DNA of 64,000 nucleotides from Actinomycetota bacterium (GCA_046262935.1 JBHELT010000074.1:13251-77250), one strand, 5' to 3'; numbered from the stretch's first letter, positions 37,134 through 47,894 are shown. The notes: generated from the sequence alone by a model not told the origin. Numbers and translations are program-made.

Positions 37134-38147
37134 TCAGTCGTACTTGATCTCCGAAAAACTCATGAGTTTTTGCCAGTGATGATCTGAAGAGATTGTTCTG
37201 ATCGTCCCACTTCGACTCCGCATTACTATCGATTGCGTCGAAGCGCCGTCTCCTCTGTATCTAACGCCTTGAAGAAGTTCGCCGTCGGTGATCCCAGTCG
37301 CGGCGAACCAGCAGTCACCGGTCACCAGATCGTCGGTTGTGAGGACTCGATCTAGGTCGTATCCCTGATCGATCGCCGCTTGGCGCTCTTCGTCGTTTCG
37401 GGTCCACAACCTGCCTTGGATCATGCCCCCAAGACTCTTGATGGCAGCCGCGGCGATAACGCCTTCCGGCGTACCACCTATCCCGAGCAGAAGATCGACG
37501 CCGGTCCCCGGTTTTGCAGCCGATATGGCAGCGGCAACGTCGCCATCGCTTATGAGCTTGATGCGTGCCCCTGCCGCCCTTACCTCCTTGATGATGCCTG
37601 CATGTCGGTCACGGTCAAGTACCACAACGGTCAGGTCTTCGACGTCTGAGCCCTTGCCCTTCGCAACACGTTTGAGATTGTTCGAGATCGGAGCAGCCAG
37701 ATCGATGAGGTCCGCCGCCTCGGGCCCGGTCGCGATCTTCTCCATATATACGCAAGGGCCGGGGTTGAACATGGTTCCGTCTTCTGAAACCGCGATCACT
37801 GCGAGTGCGCCACCTTGACCTCGTGATGTCAAACCGGTCCCATCGATCGGGTCGACTGCCACATCCACTCTTGGCGCGTCGCCGGTTCCCACACGTTCGC
37901 CGTTGTAGAGCATGGGGGCCTCGTCCTTCTCGCCCTCGCCTATCACCACAACGCCATCCATCTGTACGGTCGCGATCATCAAACGCATCGCATCGACGGC
38001 AGCCTGGTCGGCTCCCTCTTTGTCGCCACGGCCCATCCAACGTCCGGCAGCCAGAGCAGCCGCCTCGGTAACTCTCACTAGTTCCATGCCAAGGTTGCGC
38101 TCGGGACCTGTGGTTACCCCGGGTGGAGTCTGTTCGGTGGTTGCCAT
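37134..38147 (-). CDS. glpX: class II fructose-1,6-bisphosphatase GlpX
   Basis: [33 protein letters not shown] and VDPIDGTG are GlpX hallmarks. Confidence 0.85.
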   Translation of the reverse strand: MATTEQTPPGVTTGPERNLGMELVRVTEAAALAAGRWMGRGDKEGADQAAVDAMRLMIATVQMDGVVVIGEGEKDEAPMLYNGERVGTGDAPRVDVAVDPIDGTGLTSRGQGGALAVIAVSEDGTMFNPGPCVYMEKIATGPEAADLIDLAAPISNNLKRVAKGKGSDVEDLTVVVLDRDRHAGIIKEVRAAGARIKLISDGDVAAAISAAKPGTGVDLLLGIGGTPEGVIAAAAIKSLGGMIQGRLWTRNDEERQAAIDQGYDLDRVLTTDDLVTGDCWFAATGITDGELLQGVRYRGDGASTQSIVMRSRSGTIRTISSDHHWQKLMSFSEIKYD

Positions 38148-38161
38148 ATCCGCTCATCCTA

Positions 38162-38402
38162 ACCCCGGTTTGATCTCGGGGGTTTCGCAGCTTCTGGCGC
38201 GCCTTGGTCTTAACCGGACGGTAGTTGCTACACCCCCGAACCCCCCGTTTGATCTCGGGGGTTTCGCAGCTTCTGGCGCGCCGTGGTCTTAACCGGACGG
38301 TAGTTGCTACACCCCCGAACCCCCCGTTTGATCTCGGGGGTTTCGCAGCTTCTGGCGCGCCTTGGTCTTAAATGAACAGGGCTGCTACACCCCGAACCCC
38401 CC
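38162..38402 (+). repeat. three tandem copies (~80-bp period) of the dispersed hairpin repeat, in the divergent glpX / MFS intergenic region
   Basis: gatctcgggggtttcgcagcttctggcgcgcc(t/g)tggtcttaaccggacggtagttgctacacccccgaaccccccgttt ×3; the last copy has a diverged middle. Confidence 0.85.
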
Positions 38403-38420
38403 ATCTGCGACAATCACCCG

Positions 38421-39821
38421 GTGAGCCAACAGGTCGAATCGAAGAACACCTCAGGCGCCCGCGACCGCTCTTACCTTCGCCTTCTCCTGGTCCTGCTCGG
38501 CACAGCGACTTTCTTCGAAGGCTACGACTCAGCGATCAACGCCGTGGTGCTGCGCGATCTTGCTCAGAGCTTCCACATCAACACCTTGGAAACGACCAAC
38601 CTCACCGCCCCGATCGTTGGCATCGGCTTCGGTGCTTTCGGTGCCTTGTTCGTCACCAGGCTTGGCGATCGATGGGGCAGGCGACCGCTTCTGATCGCGA
38701 CCACCTTGATATACGCACTGTTCACTGGGTTGACCGCAACTGCACAGAACATGGGACAGTTCGTGATCTTTCAATTCTTCGCCAGGACATTCCTCATCGC
38801 CGAATACGTGACCGCCATAACGATGGTCAGCGAAGAGTTCCCCGCCGAGCGTCGGGGACGAGCCATCGGAACGTTGACCGCAGTTGGCGCTTTCGGCCTT
38901 CCCATCGTCGCGGTCAGTCATCTACTGCTGAGGAACACCTCGTTGGGCTGGCGATGGCTTTATCTGATCGGTCTGCTGCCGCTCCTCGTAACTGCAGCGC
39001 TGCGAACGAGATTGAAAGAGACAGCACGTTGGCAACGATCGCGCGAACTCATCGGGAACGGCAAGCGCACTCCGTTCGCGTCGGTCCTCTCGGGGCCATA
39101 CCGCCACTCACTGCTGATGGTGAGCGCACTTATGTTCTTTACGCATTTCGCGTTGTTCGGAGCCGCCACGTGGTGGCCTTTCTTCGCAAGACAAGAACGG
39201 CATCTCTCGGAGTCGACGATCACACTGCTGTTGTCGATCGCTTACCCACTCGGCGTTTTCGGTTACCTCACATCAGGATGGCTCCAAGACAAGATCGGCA
39301 GGCGAAAGACCGGAACTCTCTTCCTGTTGGCCGGTTTGGTCTTCGGGATCGCAACCTTCCAGGTTGTCTCGACCGGGGCTCTGTTCCCGATCATGACCCT
39401 TGCTGTTTTCTTCGGGTTCGGCGTTTCGCCGGTTATCGGAGCATTCGCAACAGAGCTGTTCCCAACCGAGGTCAGGGCGACCGCTGTTGCGTTCTCACGA
39501 TCTATATTCGGCACGCTCGGAGCCATATTGGGCCCCTTGACCGCCGGCATACTCGGTGACCAGCGAACGGGGACGGCTCTTAGCGGGATCCCATTCGTCG
39601 GGCACCTATCGGGGAGCGTCACCGTGGTTGCTCTCATGTATCTGCCGGCAGTTGCGATCCTTAGACGCTTACCAGAAACCGCGGGGCGCGAACTTGAATC
39701 GATCACCGCCGAGTCGGATAGGCGCATGGGGATCTCGCGGCAGCCGTACCAGGGCCCCGAGCGACGCGTAGTTCACGAACCCATCAGCGATCCCAAACCC
39801 GAGGACTTCTTTCAGCCTTGA
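38421..39821 (+). CDS. MFS transporter
   Basis: 12 predicted TM helices; motifs GDRWGRRPLL and LFPTEVRATA. Confidence 0.8.
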   Translation: MSQQVESKNTSGARDRSYLRLLLVLLGTATFFEGYDSAINAVVLRDLAQSFHINTLETTNLTAPIVGIGFGAFGALFVTRLGDRWGRRPLLIATTLIYALFTGLTATAQNMGQFVIFQFFARTFLIAEYVTAITMVSEEFPAERRGRAIGTLTAVGAFGLPIVAVSHLLLRNTSLGWRWLYLIGLLPLLVTAALRTRLKETARWQRSRELIGNGKRTPFASVLSGPYRHSLLMVSALMFFTHFALFGAATWWPFFARQERHLSESTITLLLSIAYPLGVFGYLTSGWLQDKIGRRKTGTLFLLAGLVFGIATFQVVSTGALFPIMTLAVFFGFGVSPVIGAFATELFPTEVRATAVAFSRSIFGTLGAILGPLTAGILGDQRTGTALSGIPFVGHLSGSVTVVALMYLPAVAILRRLPETAGRELESITAESDRRMGISRQPYQGPERRVVHEPISDPKPEDFFQP

Positions 39822-41260
39822 ACTTCGCCCGAACCAACGGCCGTAGAGGTCTGTGCATGGGTTACTTTCGCGGAACGATCCAAGGCGGCCTTTTCTAACT
39901 CCGATATCGCGTGAGCGATGTGAGATGCCAGCGTTTTGAGGTCTGGGTGTGCATCGCGATCGGCATTCATGCCGAAGAAGATGCCTCCGTTATATGAGGT
40001 GACTCCGATGGCTAGTGATTGGCCCTGAGAAAGCGGGATGACCGCATACGGCTCAAGCATCTTCTGGCCACACGAATAAAGCGGGATCTGGGGGCCGGGA
40101 ACATTCGAGATCACTGTATTCATAAGGCGCGCACGGGTCCCCAGCCGGGCAGCCATCGCGTGAAGCGTTGGCGGCGCCCACCTGGTTATGTTCACCAGCA
40201 GATCTGCGCCCACCGCCTGCCCCGAATCCTTTATCTCCGCCATCTCTTCGTGTATCAATTTCAGTCGATCGAAAGCTGGCATCTTGCCGATCGGGAGATC
40301 GGGGAAAACCGCAGCGACTTCATTGCCTAGGGCCATCTTCTGTGACTCGTCGCGCACACTGACAGGAACCATGACCCGCAGATTCTTTGCTTCTGTGGCT
40401 TCGCCGCGGTCGCGGAACAGCCGTCCCAAGGCATCCGAGCAAACGGCAAGGATCACATCGTTAACGGTCACACCCGGCGCAGCGTTCTTTATGTCCTTGA
40501 ATGTTTGAAGCGTACTCCGCACGATCGCGTATCTTCGATGAAGACCCGGGCCGGTGTTCAGGGGCGAAGATCTTGCAGGCTTTAGCAGGGAGGCGGCCGA
40601 GGACGCGAGCTTACTTGCCGTCGAACCCACGCCCTCAAGCATCGCCTTCGGCGACGTCACCGCCAACTTCAATCCAGAAACCGTTTGTACGAGCTGATCC
40701 AACTGCTTCGACAGACCAGCTTGAACGAGCGTTATGGTCGACGGGAACGGTTCCGCATTACGCGTCTTGCCTGAAGTCATCGCAGGTGGGTCTGGCTCGA
40801 AGTCGAGTAGAACCGTGGCAAGGTCCATGCTTGAAAGGCCGTCGATCATCGCGTGGTGCGTCTTGGACACGATCGCAGATCGCCCGCCCTTCAATCCATC
40901 GATAACGTACAACTCCCAAAGTGGTCTGCTGCGATCGAGAGGCCGCGATATGAGCCTGGCCGCATAATCACAAAGTTGCTCATCGTTGCCGGGGCTCGGC
41001 AATGCTGAGTGCCTTAGGTGATACGAAAGATCGAACCCAGGGTCATCGACCCAGAATGGGTAGCCAAGGCCATATGGGACCTCGGCTATGCGCTGCATGA
41101 ATCTTGGAACAAGATGCAACCGCGCTGCGATCGTTTCGAAGACTTTGGCGAAGGGGGCCGTGCCCTCGAATACGACTACTCCAGCCGTATGCATCGGGGT
41201 ATGGGGCCGTTCCAGATTTAGAAACAGATTGTCTAAGGGTGAGAGTTGTTGGCCGACCAT
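39812..41260 (-). CDS. wax ester synthase / acyl-CoA:diacylglycerol acyltransferase (WS/DGAT)
   Basis: Catalytic motif HHAMIDGLS (HHxxxDG), N-terminal LSPLDNLFL, ~480 aa. Confidence 0.85.
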   Translation of the reverse strand: MVGQQLSPLDNLFLNLERPHTPMHTAGVVVFEGTAPFAKVFETIAARLHLVPRFMQRIAEVPYGLGYPFWVDDPGFDLSYHLRHSALPSPGNDEQLCDYAARLISRPLDRSRPLWELYVIDGLKGGRSAIVSKTHHAMIDGLSSMDLATVLLDFEPDPPAMTSGKTRNAEPFPSTITLVQAGLSKQLDQLVQTVSGLKLAVTSPKAMLEGVGSTASKLASSAASLLKPARSSPLNTGPGLHRRYAIVRSTLQTFKDIKNAAPGVTVNDVILAVCSDALGRLFRDRGEATEAKNLRVMVPVSVRDESQKMALGNEVAAVFPDLPIGKMPAFDRLKLIHEEMAEIKDSGQAVGADLLVNITRWAPPTLHAMAARLGTRARLMNTVISNVPGPQIPLYSCGQKMLEPYAVIPLSQGQSLAIGVTSYNGGIFFGMNADRDAHPDLKTLASHIAHAISELEKAALDRSAKVTHAQTSTAVGSGEVQG

Positions 41261-41326
41261 TGCGATGACTCCGAACGAAGGGGAGCCTAGACCTTATAGC
41301 AATCGCCAAAGCCTTACGATTCCTGG

Positions 41327-42584
41327 ATGTCAAAGCGACGGCCTTATATCGAGTTAGTGACCGGCAACCAGAACTTCCGTCGTCTCTGGGTCGCTCAACT
41401 CATCTCCCTAGGCGGAGATTGGTTCAATTCAGTGGCCATGCTGGGTCTGGTCTGGGACCTCACTCACTCGGGCTTCTACTCCGCGCTCATCTTCGCCGCG
41501 AACCTGCTGCCAGGATTCCTGTTCGCTCCAGTTGCCGGTCCCATCGTAGATCGCTTCGACCGTAAGAAAAGTGATGATCGCCTCGGATCTCGTTCGAGTT
41601 GGACTTGCTCTCGGTATGCTCGCTGTCCATTCGAAAGCCACGGTGTGGCTCGGGATCGCGTGTCTTGCCGGGATCTCAACCTTCAGCGCATTCTTTCAGC
41701 CCGCGTCTGGGGCGGCTCTGCCGAATCTGGTGAGTCTCGAAGAACTCGCACCTGCACAAGCCCTGATGGGTGCCTCCTGGGGCTCGATGGCGATCGGAGC
41801 CGCCCTAGGGGGCGTAGTGGCGAGCGTTTTCGGCAGACCAACTGCCTTCATAGTGAATGCCGCAAGTTTCCTTCTCTCCGGGATCTTGATAGCCCTCGTG
41901 AAAGGACGCTTCGCTGAAGACCGTGATCACACCCGAGAACTAAGACCGATCCGAGATCTCGTCGAAGGCTTTTCTTATGCCCGCTCAGATAGACGCATCG
42001 TCGCGTTGCTCGCGACGAAGGGGGGATTCGGTCTTGGCGTCGGGGTCGTGTCGCTGCTTTCGATCTTCGCGACCAAGGTGTTCAAGGCAGGTGACATTGG
42101 CATCGGTGTCTTGTTCGCGGCTCGCGGACTCGGCGCGCTGTTGGGACCGTTCATGGCGCGAGCCATCGTGAAGACGGACTTTCGAAGACTGATCTTGGCG
42201 ATAGGAGTATCGATGGGTGTATACGGCGTGGCTTATCTGGTCTTCCCCGCCATGCCGGTTATCGCGCTGGCTGCTGCATTAGCGGCGATCGCGCACCTCG
42301 GCGGTGGTGCCCAGTGGCTGCTATCCAGCTACGGTCTTCAAGTGATAACTCCCGACGGCCTGCGCGGACGGATCCTCGCACTCGACCTCGGCTTAGTCAG
42401 CCTAACCATGTCTATCAGCGCGTTCACGGCCGGCTGGCTCGCGGACAGATTCGGACCTCGGCCCGTCATGGCTGGGCTGGCTTTGGTCGAGATCGCTTAC
42501 GCGCTCGTTTGGACTTTCTTTACCAGGAGTCTTTGGCGCAAACCAATTTCACCGCCAACCGAACTTGCCGGCGAGACAGCTTGA
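41327..42584 (+). pseudogene. MFS transporter (EntS/MFS_3-like) interrupted by a frameshift at an A-run (~41565-41572); ORFs 41327..41917 and 41571..42584
   Basis: First ORF reads ...PIVDRFDRKK then goes out of frame; the overlapping +1-frame ORF continues VMIASDLVRVGLALGMLAV, the expected continuation of the MFS loop 2–3 motif. Confidence 0.65.
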
Positions 42585-43244
42585 TCAGTCTACGAGACCT
42601 TTACGGAGCGCTAGTGCGACTGCACCGGTTCGGTCTGCAGCGCCTAGTTTCGTGAAGATGTGCGAAACATGAGTCTTAACTGTCTGCGAGCCTATGCCGA
42701 GCGCTTTGGCGATCTCTTTGTTCGACTTCCCATATGCCAAAAGTTGCAGAACGTCTTGTTCGCGTTTGGATAGTTGCTTTGCAGGCGTAGCGGATCCTCT
42801 GGCCATCTCAGCGAATTCGTTGATCAGATGCCGAGTGATGACCGGGTGCAGCATCGCCTTTCCGGACGCGACGGTTGTTATCCCTTTTATCAGCTCTTCG
42901 GCCGAAACAGTCTTCAATAGATAACCCGATGCCCCGGCGCGGATGGCTTCGTGAACATACGACTCCTCGTCATGAACCGTAAGCATCAAAGCTTTGACAT
43001 CGGGATCGTTCTTCTTGATCCGGCGTACGGCATCGAGCCCATCCATCTCGGGCATGCGGATGTCGACTACTACAACATGAGGGCGCAAACGCTCCGCTTG
43101 TTCGACAAGTTCCCTGCCATTCGCAGCCTCGGAAACGATCTCGATCTCGTCTGTCGTCTCCAGCATCGCGCGTAACCCTTGCCTGATGAGGGCGTGGTCG
43201 TCGGCGAGGATGACCTTGATCGGGGTTGGGTATTCATCAGGCAT
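42585..43244 (-). CDS. two-component response regulator, NarL/FixJ (LuxR) family
   Basis: Receiver domain VILADDHALIRQGL...VVVDIRMPEMDG and LuxR HTH LSKREQDVLQLLAYGKSNKEIA. Confidence 0.9.
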   Translation of the reverse strand: MPDEYPTPIKVILADDHALIRQGLRAMLETTDEIEIVSEAANGRELVEQAERLRPHVVVVDIRMPEMDGLDAVRRIKKNDPDVKALMLTVHDEESYVHEAIRAGASGYLLKTVSAEELIKGITTVASGKAMLHPVITRHLINEFAEMARGSATPAKQLSKREQDVLQLLAYGKSNKEIAKALGIGSQTVKTHVSHIFTKLGAADRTGAVALALRKGLVD

Positions 43245-43300
43245 AACTAGGCTTTCGGCCCTCGCTGTCGGTCGATTGAATCTTTATACACATAAAGCCG

Positions 43301-44068
43301 CTACTTGGGCGGCATCCTAAGGGCCCCATCCAGCCTTATGGTCTCACCGTTAAGCACTGGATTCTCGAAGATATGCCTGACCAGGGCCGCGTACTCCGAA
43401 GGTTGACCGAGTCTGCGAGGGTGCGGGATACCAGCGGCCAAAGCGTCGCGCATCTCCTGGGGCAGCATCGCCAGCATCGGTGTATCGAAAGTGCCCGGTG
43501 CGATGGTCACTACGCGGATCAGAGCAGATGCAAGGTCCCGAGCGAGCGGAAGGGTCATCCCCACAACGCCTCCCTTCGAGGCCGAGTACGCGTTCTGACC
43601 TATCTGCCCATCGAAAGCAGCGGCCGAAGCGGTGTTTACGATCACCCCTCTTTCTTCACCGAATGGTTCCTGCTTGACCATGGCGGCGGCTGCCAGCCGG
43701 ATGACGTTGAAAGTACCGATCAGGTTGATCTTTATCACCAGCTCGAATTGCTCGAGCGGCAGTGGTTCTCCCGCCTTGTTGACGACGCGACCTGGGAAGC
43801 CAACCCCCGCGCAGTTCACGACTAGATGGATCCCGCCGAAAGCCTCGACGGTCGCATCGACGGCGGCTTGGACGTCTTGTTCACTGGTCACATCCGCAGG
43901 GCTGAACATGACCGAGTCGCCCAAGCCTTTTGCAACCATCTCGCCGTCCGTGTGGGCAAGATCTACGATCATCGCCCTGCCGCCTGCCTTGACGAATCCT
44001 TCAACGGTTGCGCGCCCTAGACCGGAAGCTCCTCCGGTAACGAGCGCAGTCTTGCCTTCAGGGTTCAA
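43301..44068 (-). CDS. SDR-family oxidoreductase (3-hydroxyacyl-CoA dehydrogenase / FabG-like)
   Basis: TGGASGLG cofactor motif, NCAG, YSASKGG catalytic tetrad. Confidence 0.85.
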   Translation of the reverse strand: MNPEGKTALVTGGASGLGRATVEGFVKAGGRAMIVDLAHTDGEMVAKGLGDSVMFSPADVTSEQDVQAAVDATVEAFGGIHLVVNCAGVGFPGRVVNKAGEPLPLEQFELVIKINLIGTFNVIRLAAAAMVKQEPFGEERGVIVNTASAAAFDGQIGQNAYSASKGGVVGMTLPLARDLASALIRVVTIAPGTFDTPMLAMLPQEMRDALAAGIPHPRRLGQPSEYAALVRHIFENPVLNGETIRLDGALRMPPK

Positions 44069-44101
44069 TGGGTTCTCCTTGATCGCGTCGGATCGGGGTA
44101 A

Positions 44102-45226
44102 TCAGGTAAGTGCAGTCTTGAGGTCTTCGATCAGATCGTCGGGATGCTCGATACCGACGGACAACCGGATGAGTTTGTCAGAAACTCCGAAAGGTGAGTC
44201 CGCGATACTTGCATGAGTCATCGCAGCGGGGTGCTCGATCAGCGACTCGACCCCGCCGAGAGACTCTGCCAGGAAAAAGACCTTTGTGCGCGAAACGATC
44301 TGTAGGGCCTGGGCCTTCGAACCAACTTCGAATGAGACCATGCCCCCGAAACCATCCATCTGGCGTGTGGCGATCTCGTGTCCGGGGTGTGTTGGCAGGC
44401 CCGGGTACCAAACCTTCTCAACAATGGGGTGCTCAAGCAGGAACGACGCTACCGCCATGGCGTTTTCACAATGCTGACGCATGCGCACCCCGAGGGTCTT
44501 GATCCCACGCAGGACTAACCAAGAATCGAACGCGCCGGGAACGGCTCCAACGGCGTTTTGGAGGTAATACAACGTTTCAGCGAGCCCTTTGTCCTTGGTA
44601 CAAACGGCCCCGCCAACCACATCCGAGTGGCCCCCCAGGTACTTCGTCGTTGAGTGCACAACAAGGTCTGCACCCAGATCGAGGGGCCGCTGAAGGAACG
44701 GCGACGCGAATGTGTTATCGACGCAGATAAGGCAATCGTGCTCGTGGCCCAACGCGGATAGGGCTTCGATGTCCGCGATCCGAAGATAGGGGTTGGTGGG
44801 TGTCTCGATCCAGATCAGCTTCGTGTTCGGCTGGATCGCAGAGCGAACGTCGTCGAGACTGGTTGTGTCAACCGAGGTGAATGACAATCCGAAACGGACG
44901 AGCACTTTGTCGAAGAGCCTTCTGGTACCTCCATACACGTCATCGCCTAGCACTACGTGATCGCCCGACGACAAGAGCCTGAGTACGGCATCTTCGGCTG
45001 CCATGCCAGAGGCGAATGCCAGCCCGAAGGAAGCGCTCTCGAGCGAAGCTATGCAACTCTCGAGTGCGGCCCTCGTTGGGTTGCCGGTACGCGAATACTC
45101 GAACCCTTTGTGCTCTCCAACTTCCTGTTGGACATAAGTCGACGTTTGGTAGATGGGCACCACTGCCGCGCCAGTAGTTGGGTCTGGGTCTTGACCAACA
45201 TGGATCGCTTTGGTCTCAAATCTCAT
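44102..45226 (-). CDS. Cys/Met-metabolism PLP-dependent enzyme (cystathionine γ-lyase/γ-synthase family)
   Basis: N-terminal MRFETKAIHVGQDPDPTTGAAVVPIYQTSTY is typical; PLP-lysine region STTKYLGGHSD. Confidence 0.85.
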   Translation of the reverse strand: MRFETKAIHVGQDPDPTTGAAVVPIYQTSTYVQQEVGEHKGFEYSRTGNPTRAALESCIASLESASFGLAFASGMAAEDAVLRLLSSGDHVVLGDDVYGGTRRLFDKVLVRFGLSFTSVDTTSLDDVRSAIQPNTKLIWIETPTNPYLRIADIEALSALGHEHDCLICVDNTFASPFLQRPLDLGADLVVHSTTKYLGGHSDVVGGAVCTKDKGLAETLYYLQNAVGAVPGAFDSWLVLRGIKTLGVRMRQHCENAMAVASFLLEHPIVEKVWYPGLPTHPGHEIATRQMDGFGGMVSFEVGSKAQALQIVSRTKVFFLAESLGGVESLIEHPAAMTHASIADSPFGVSDKLIRLSVGIEHPDDLIEDLKTALT

Positions 45227-46605
45227 CCGGCGCTCCTTTTCGATAAGAACGTGAGCAGATCCGATCGCGTGATGACACCAGAAGGCTTCCCATCAACCAT
45301 AACGACAACAGCTGACGCGCCCTGACCAAGGTTGGCAACCAGGGAGTCGACCTCTTCTTCAACATCAACCATCGGCATGGGCGGCTGCATGACCTCGATC
45401 ACTTGTTTCTCGAAGGCATCAGGTTCCTTCAATACGACCTCGAGCAGATCTCGTTCTCGGATCGAACCGAGAACATCTCCAGCATGCTCAGCGTCGTCTG
45501 AGCGCATGACCGGCAGTTGTGAAACTCCAAATTCGTGCATGATCTCGATCGCCACTTCGACCCGCTCGTGCGGATGGACGTGCACAACCCCAGGCAACTG
45601 CGAGGACTTCGTTTCGAGAACGTCGCCGACCCTCGCGCCAGCGGCTCTTCGTTCCAAGAACCCATGTTCGGTCAGCCAGTTGTCGTTGTATATCTTCGAT
45701 AGATAGGAACGCCCGCCATCGGGAAGAAGTACTACGACGATGGAATCTTGCGGAAGGTCGGCTCCCACCCTTAGGGCAGCCACGACCGCTGTGCCACAAG
45801 AACCACCGACCAAGATCCCTTCTTCGCGGGTGATCCGCCTTGTCATCGTGAACGTCTCGACGTCAGAGATCTTTTCCCACCGGTCGACTATCGAGCGATC
45901 GAAGGTCTCGGGGTAGAAGTCTTCGCCGATGCCTTCTGCAAGATACGGATGGATATCGTCCGGTTGGGTGTATATCGATCCTTCAGGGTCGGCTCCAACG
46001 ATCAAAACTTCGGGGTTGCGTTCTTTCAAGTACCGACCAACCCCCGTGATCGTTCCGCCTGTTCCAACGCCAGCTACGAACGCAGCCACCCTTCCTTCGG
46101 TCTGCTCCCAGATCTCGGGCCCAGTTGTTTTGTAGTGAGCCTCGGGATTGGCCTGATTGAAGTATTGGTTGGGCTGGAATGCCCCCGGAACTTCCTCCGC
46201 AAGCCTTTTCGCAACGCTGTAATAACTGCGGGGCGAGTCGGGCGCGACATCGGTCGGGCAAACGACAACCTCACCGCCATAGGCGCGCAGGAGATTGATC
46301 TTTTCTTGGCTCATCTTGTCGGGCATGACGAAGATGCATCGATATCCCTTTCGAACCGCCGCGATGGCGAGTCCGACCCCGGTATTGCCACTCGTCGGCT
46401 CGACGATGACTCCACCCGGTTTCAGGGTTCCATCACGTTCGCCCGCTTCGATCATCGCCTCGGCGATGCGATCCTTGACGCTTCCACCGGGGTTCAGGAG
46501 TTCCATCTTCGCCACGATCCGTGAAGGGTTGTTGCGGCCGATGCGGTCGAGCGCGACCAACGGCGTATCGCCTACGAGTGAAAGCAGGTCGTCACGGATC
46601 TCCAT
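45223..46605 (-). CDS. cystathionine β-synthase (PLP fold-II domain + tandem CBS domains)
   Basis: NPGGSVKDRIA, PTSGNTGVGLA, C-terminal CBS-pair region; 4-nt overlap with the downstream γ-lyase gives a reverse-transsulfuration operon. Confidence 0.85.
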   Translation of the reverse strand: MEIRDDLLSLVGDTPLVALDRIGRNNPSRIVAKMELLNPGGSVKDRIAEAMIEAGERDGTLKPGGVIVEPTSGNTGVGLAIAAVRKGYRCIFVMPDKMSQEKINLLRAYGGEVVVCPTDVAPDSPRSYYSVAKRLAEEVPGAFQPNQYFNQANPEAHYKTTGPEIWEQTEGRVAAFVAGVGTGGTITGVGRYLKERNPEVLIVGADPEGSIYTQPDDIHPYLAEGIGEDFYPETFDRSIVDRWEKISDVETFTMTRRITREEGILVGGSCGTAVVAALRVGADLPQDSIVVVLLPDGGRSYLSKIYNDNWLTEHGFLERRAAGARVGDVLETKSSQLPGVVHVHPHERVEVAIEIMHEFGVSQLPVMRSDDAEHAGDVLGSIRERDLLEVVLKEPDAFEKQVIEVMQPPMPMVDVEEEVDSLVANLGQGASAVVVMVDGKPSGVITRSDLLTFLSKRSAG

Positions 46606-46655
46606 CGCTGTAACTGTATCTTGCCTGAGCTATGCATCGATCACGCCACCCCGCC

Positions 46656-47645
46656 TCAGGGAGTACAGCCCGCACAGAAGTTCTGGGTCACCATCAGACC
46701 GTAGGGGCCCTTGTAGACCCCTATCCCCAGATCGGTGAATTCGGGCTTGAGGATGTTCTCTTTATGTTTGGGGGAGTTCATCAACCCCTGATGCACCAAA
46801 GTGATGGTCGGAGCCAAAGCCAGGTTCTCTCCGGCGAAGGAAAAGGAGATACCTTGACCCTCCATCCTTTGAAACGGGTCCCTGCCATCGGGATCTATAT
46901 GCGCGAAGTAGCCCCTTCGATACATGTCCGCCGAATGCGCCCTCGCGACTTCTCTCATCCTGTTGAACGGGTTCAACTTGCCGAGGCCCCTGCTCGTTCG
47001 TTCGCGGTTGACTAGATCGAATATCTGTTTCTCAGCGGCAGCGTCGATGGATATGTCATTCGACGGAGTGAGCTTGAAGAACTCTTCCTTCCCTTCCTGC
47101 TTCTCAACCTTCGCCGGCTGCAATTGCGCGAAGTACTGACGCAGGTAAAGAAGTACGTTCCTGGCTTCGTGCTTGGCGTAGTCGTCCAGCAGCGGATATA
47201 TAGGCGAGTTGGCAGCCAGTGCTGTGCGTCCGACGAATGATGAACGGACCACCCTTGTCCCTTCGGGAGAAGGGATGACGGTCACAACGACAAGCAGGAA
47301 TGCTGCGAACATCGCTGACCATAAGAACGCGAATGCCGCTCCACCAACCTTGTTCACGCTGGCGTTGTGCATCGCACCCATCTTGCCTTCAACGCGGCTG
47401 GACATGATCGCCGAAGCAACGACGAACAGGATGAAGATGAGCGCACCCCCGATGACGTTCGCCCACCCGGCGTTGGCACCGAAGAATTTGAAGATGGCCG
47501 CAGGTAGTTGATAAACACGAAGCGCGACAGCGATCGCGATGGCGAAACCAACAAGGTCGAGGCCCTCTCGCACTATGCCGCGATGGAACCCTCTGTACGC
47601 GTAGAACGCGACAAATGCAGCGAAGGCTACGTCTACCAGATTCAT
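46656..47645 (-). CDS. CvpA-family membrane protein fused to a C-terminal CAP/SCP (cysteine-rich secretory protein-like) domain
   Basis: N-terminal 4-TM CvpA-like region; C-terminal YFAHIDPDGRDPFQRMEGQGISFSFAGENLA...MNSPKHKENIL resembles CAP-domain motifs. Confidence 0.55.
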   Translation of the reverse strand: MNLVDVAFAAFVAFYAYRGFHRGIVREGLDLVGFAIAIAVALRVYQLPAAIFKFFGANAGWANVIGGALIFILFVVASAIMSSRVEGKMGAMHNASVNKVGGAAFAFLWSAMFAAFLLVVVTVIPSPEGTRVVRSSFVGRTALAANSPIYPLLDDYAKHEARNVLLYLRQYFAQLQPAKVEKQEGKEEFFKLTPSNDISIDAAAEKQIFDLVNRERTSRGLGKLNPFNRMREVARAHSADMYRRGYFAHIDPDGRDPFQRMEGQGISFSFAGENLALAPTITLVHQGLMNSPKHKENILKPEFTDLGIGVYKGPYGLMVTQNFCAGCTP

Positions 47646-47648
47646 TTC

Positions 47649-47894
47649 TTACCCTTGGGTCACGTCGCCCTCGATGGGGCTAACCTGCACACCTAGCAGA
47701 CCTAGGTGTGCAGCGGCGGCGTCGATCTGATCAGAAGAGCCTTCTATCTCAAGGATGACCCAGCCCACCTTCTCCTCGATATTGGCTCTCCTGATGTTCG
47801 TGATCACGTCGAATCTCTTTCCGAGTTCAAAGATGACAGGCTGGGTGATGAGTTTCTCAGGAAAAGTTAGATGAAGACGTCTGCTCGCCATCAA
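47649..47894 (-). CDS. small NIL-domain (ferredoxin-like) protein
   Basis: LHLTFPEKLITQPVIFELGKRFDVITNIRRANIEEKVGWVILEIEG matches the NIL-domain pattern found C-terminal to MetN and in sulfur-related operons. Confidence 0.5.
   Translation of the reverse strand: MMASRRLHLTFPEKLITQPVIFELGKRFDVITNIRRANIEEKVGWVILEIEGSSDQIDAAAAHLGLLGVQVSPIEGDVTQG

Noticed and set aside
37615-38157. 180-aa Arg-rich minus-strand ORF overlapping glpX
   Set aside because: Different frame from the clearly conserved GlpX sequence; Arg/Gly-rich composition marks it as a frame artefact.
38162-38402. CRISPR-like appearance of the 3-unit array (conserved ~52-bp block alternating with ~27-bp block)
   Set aside because: The 'spacer' segments are homologous to each other and to those in the 27.6-kb and 12.5-kb copies. 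Units are direct full-length repeats found dispersed as singletons. No cas genes. This is a tandemly amplified repetitive element, not CRISPR.
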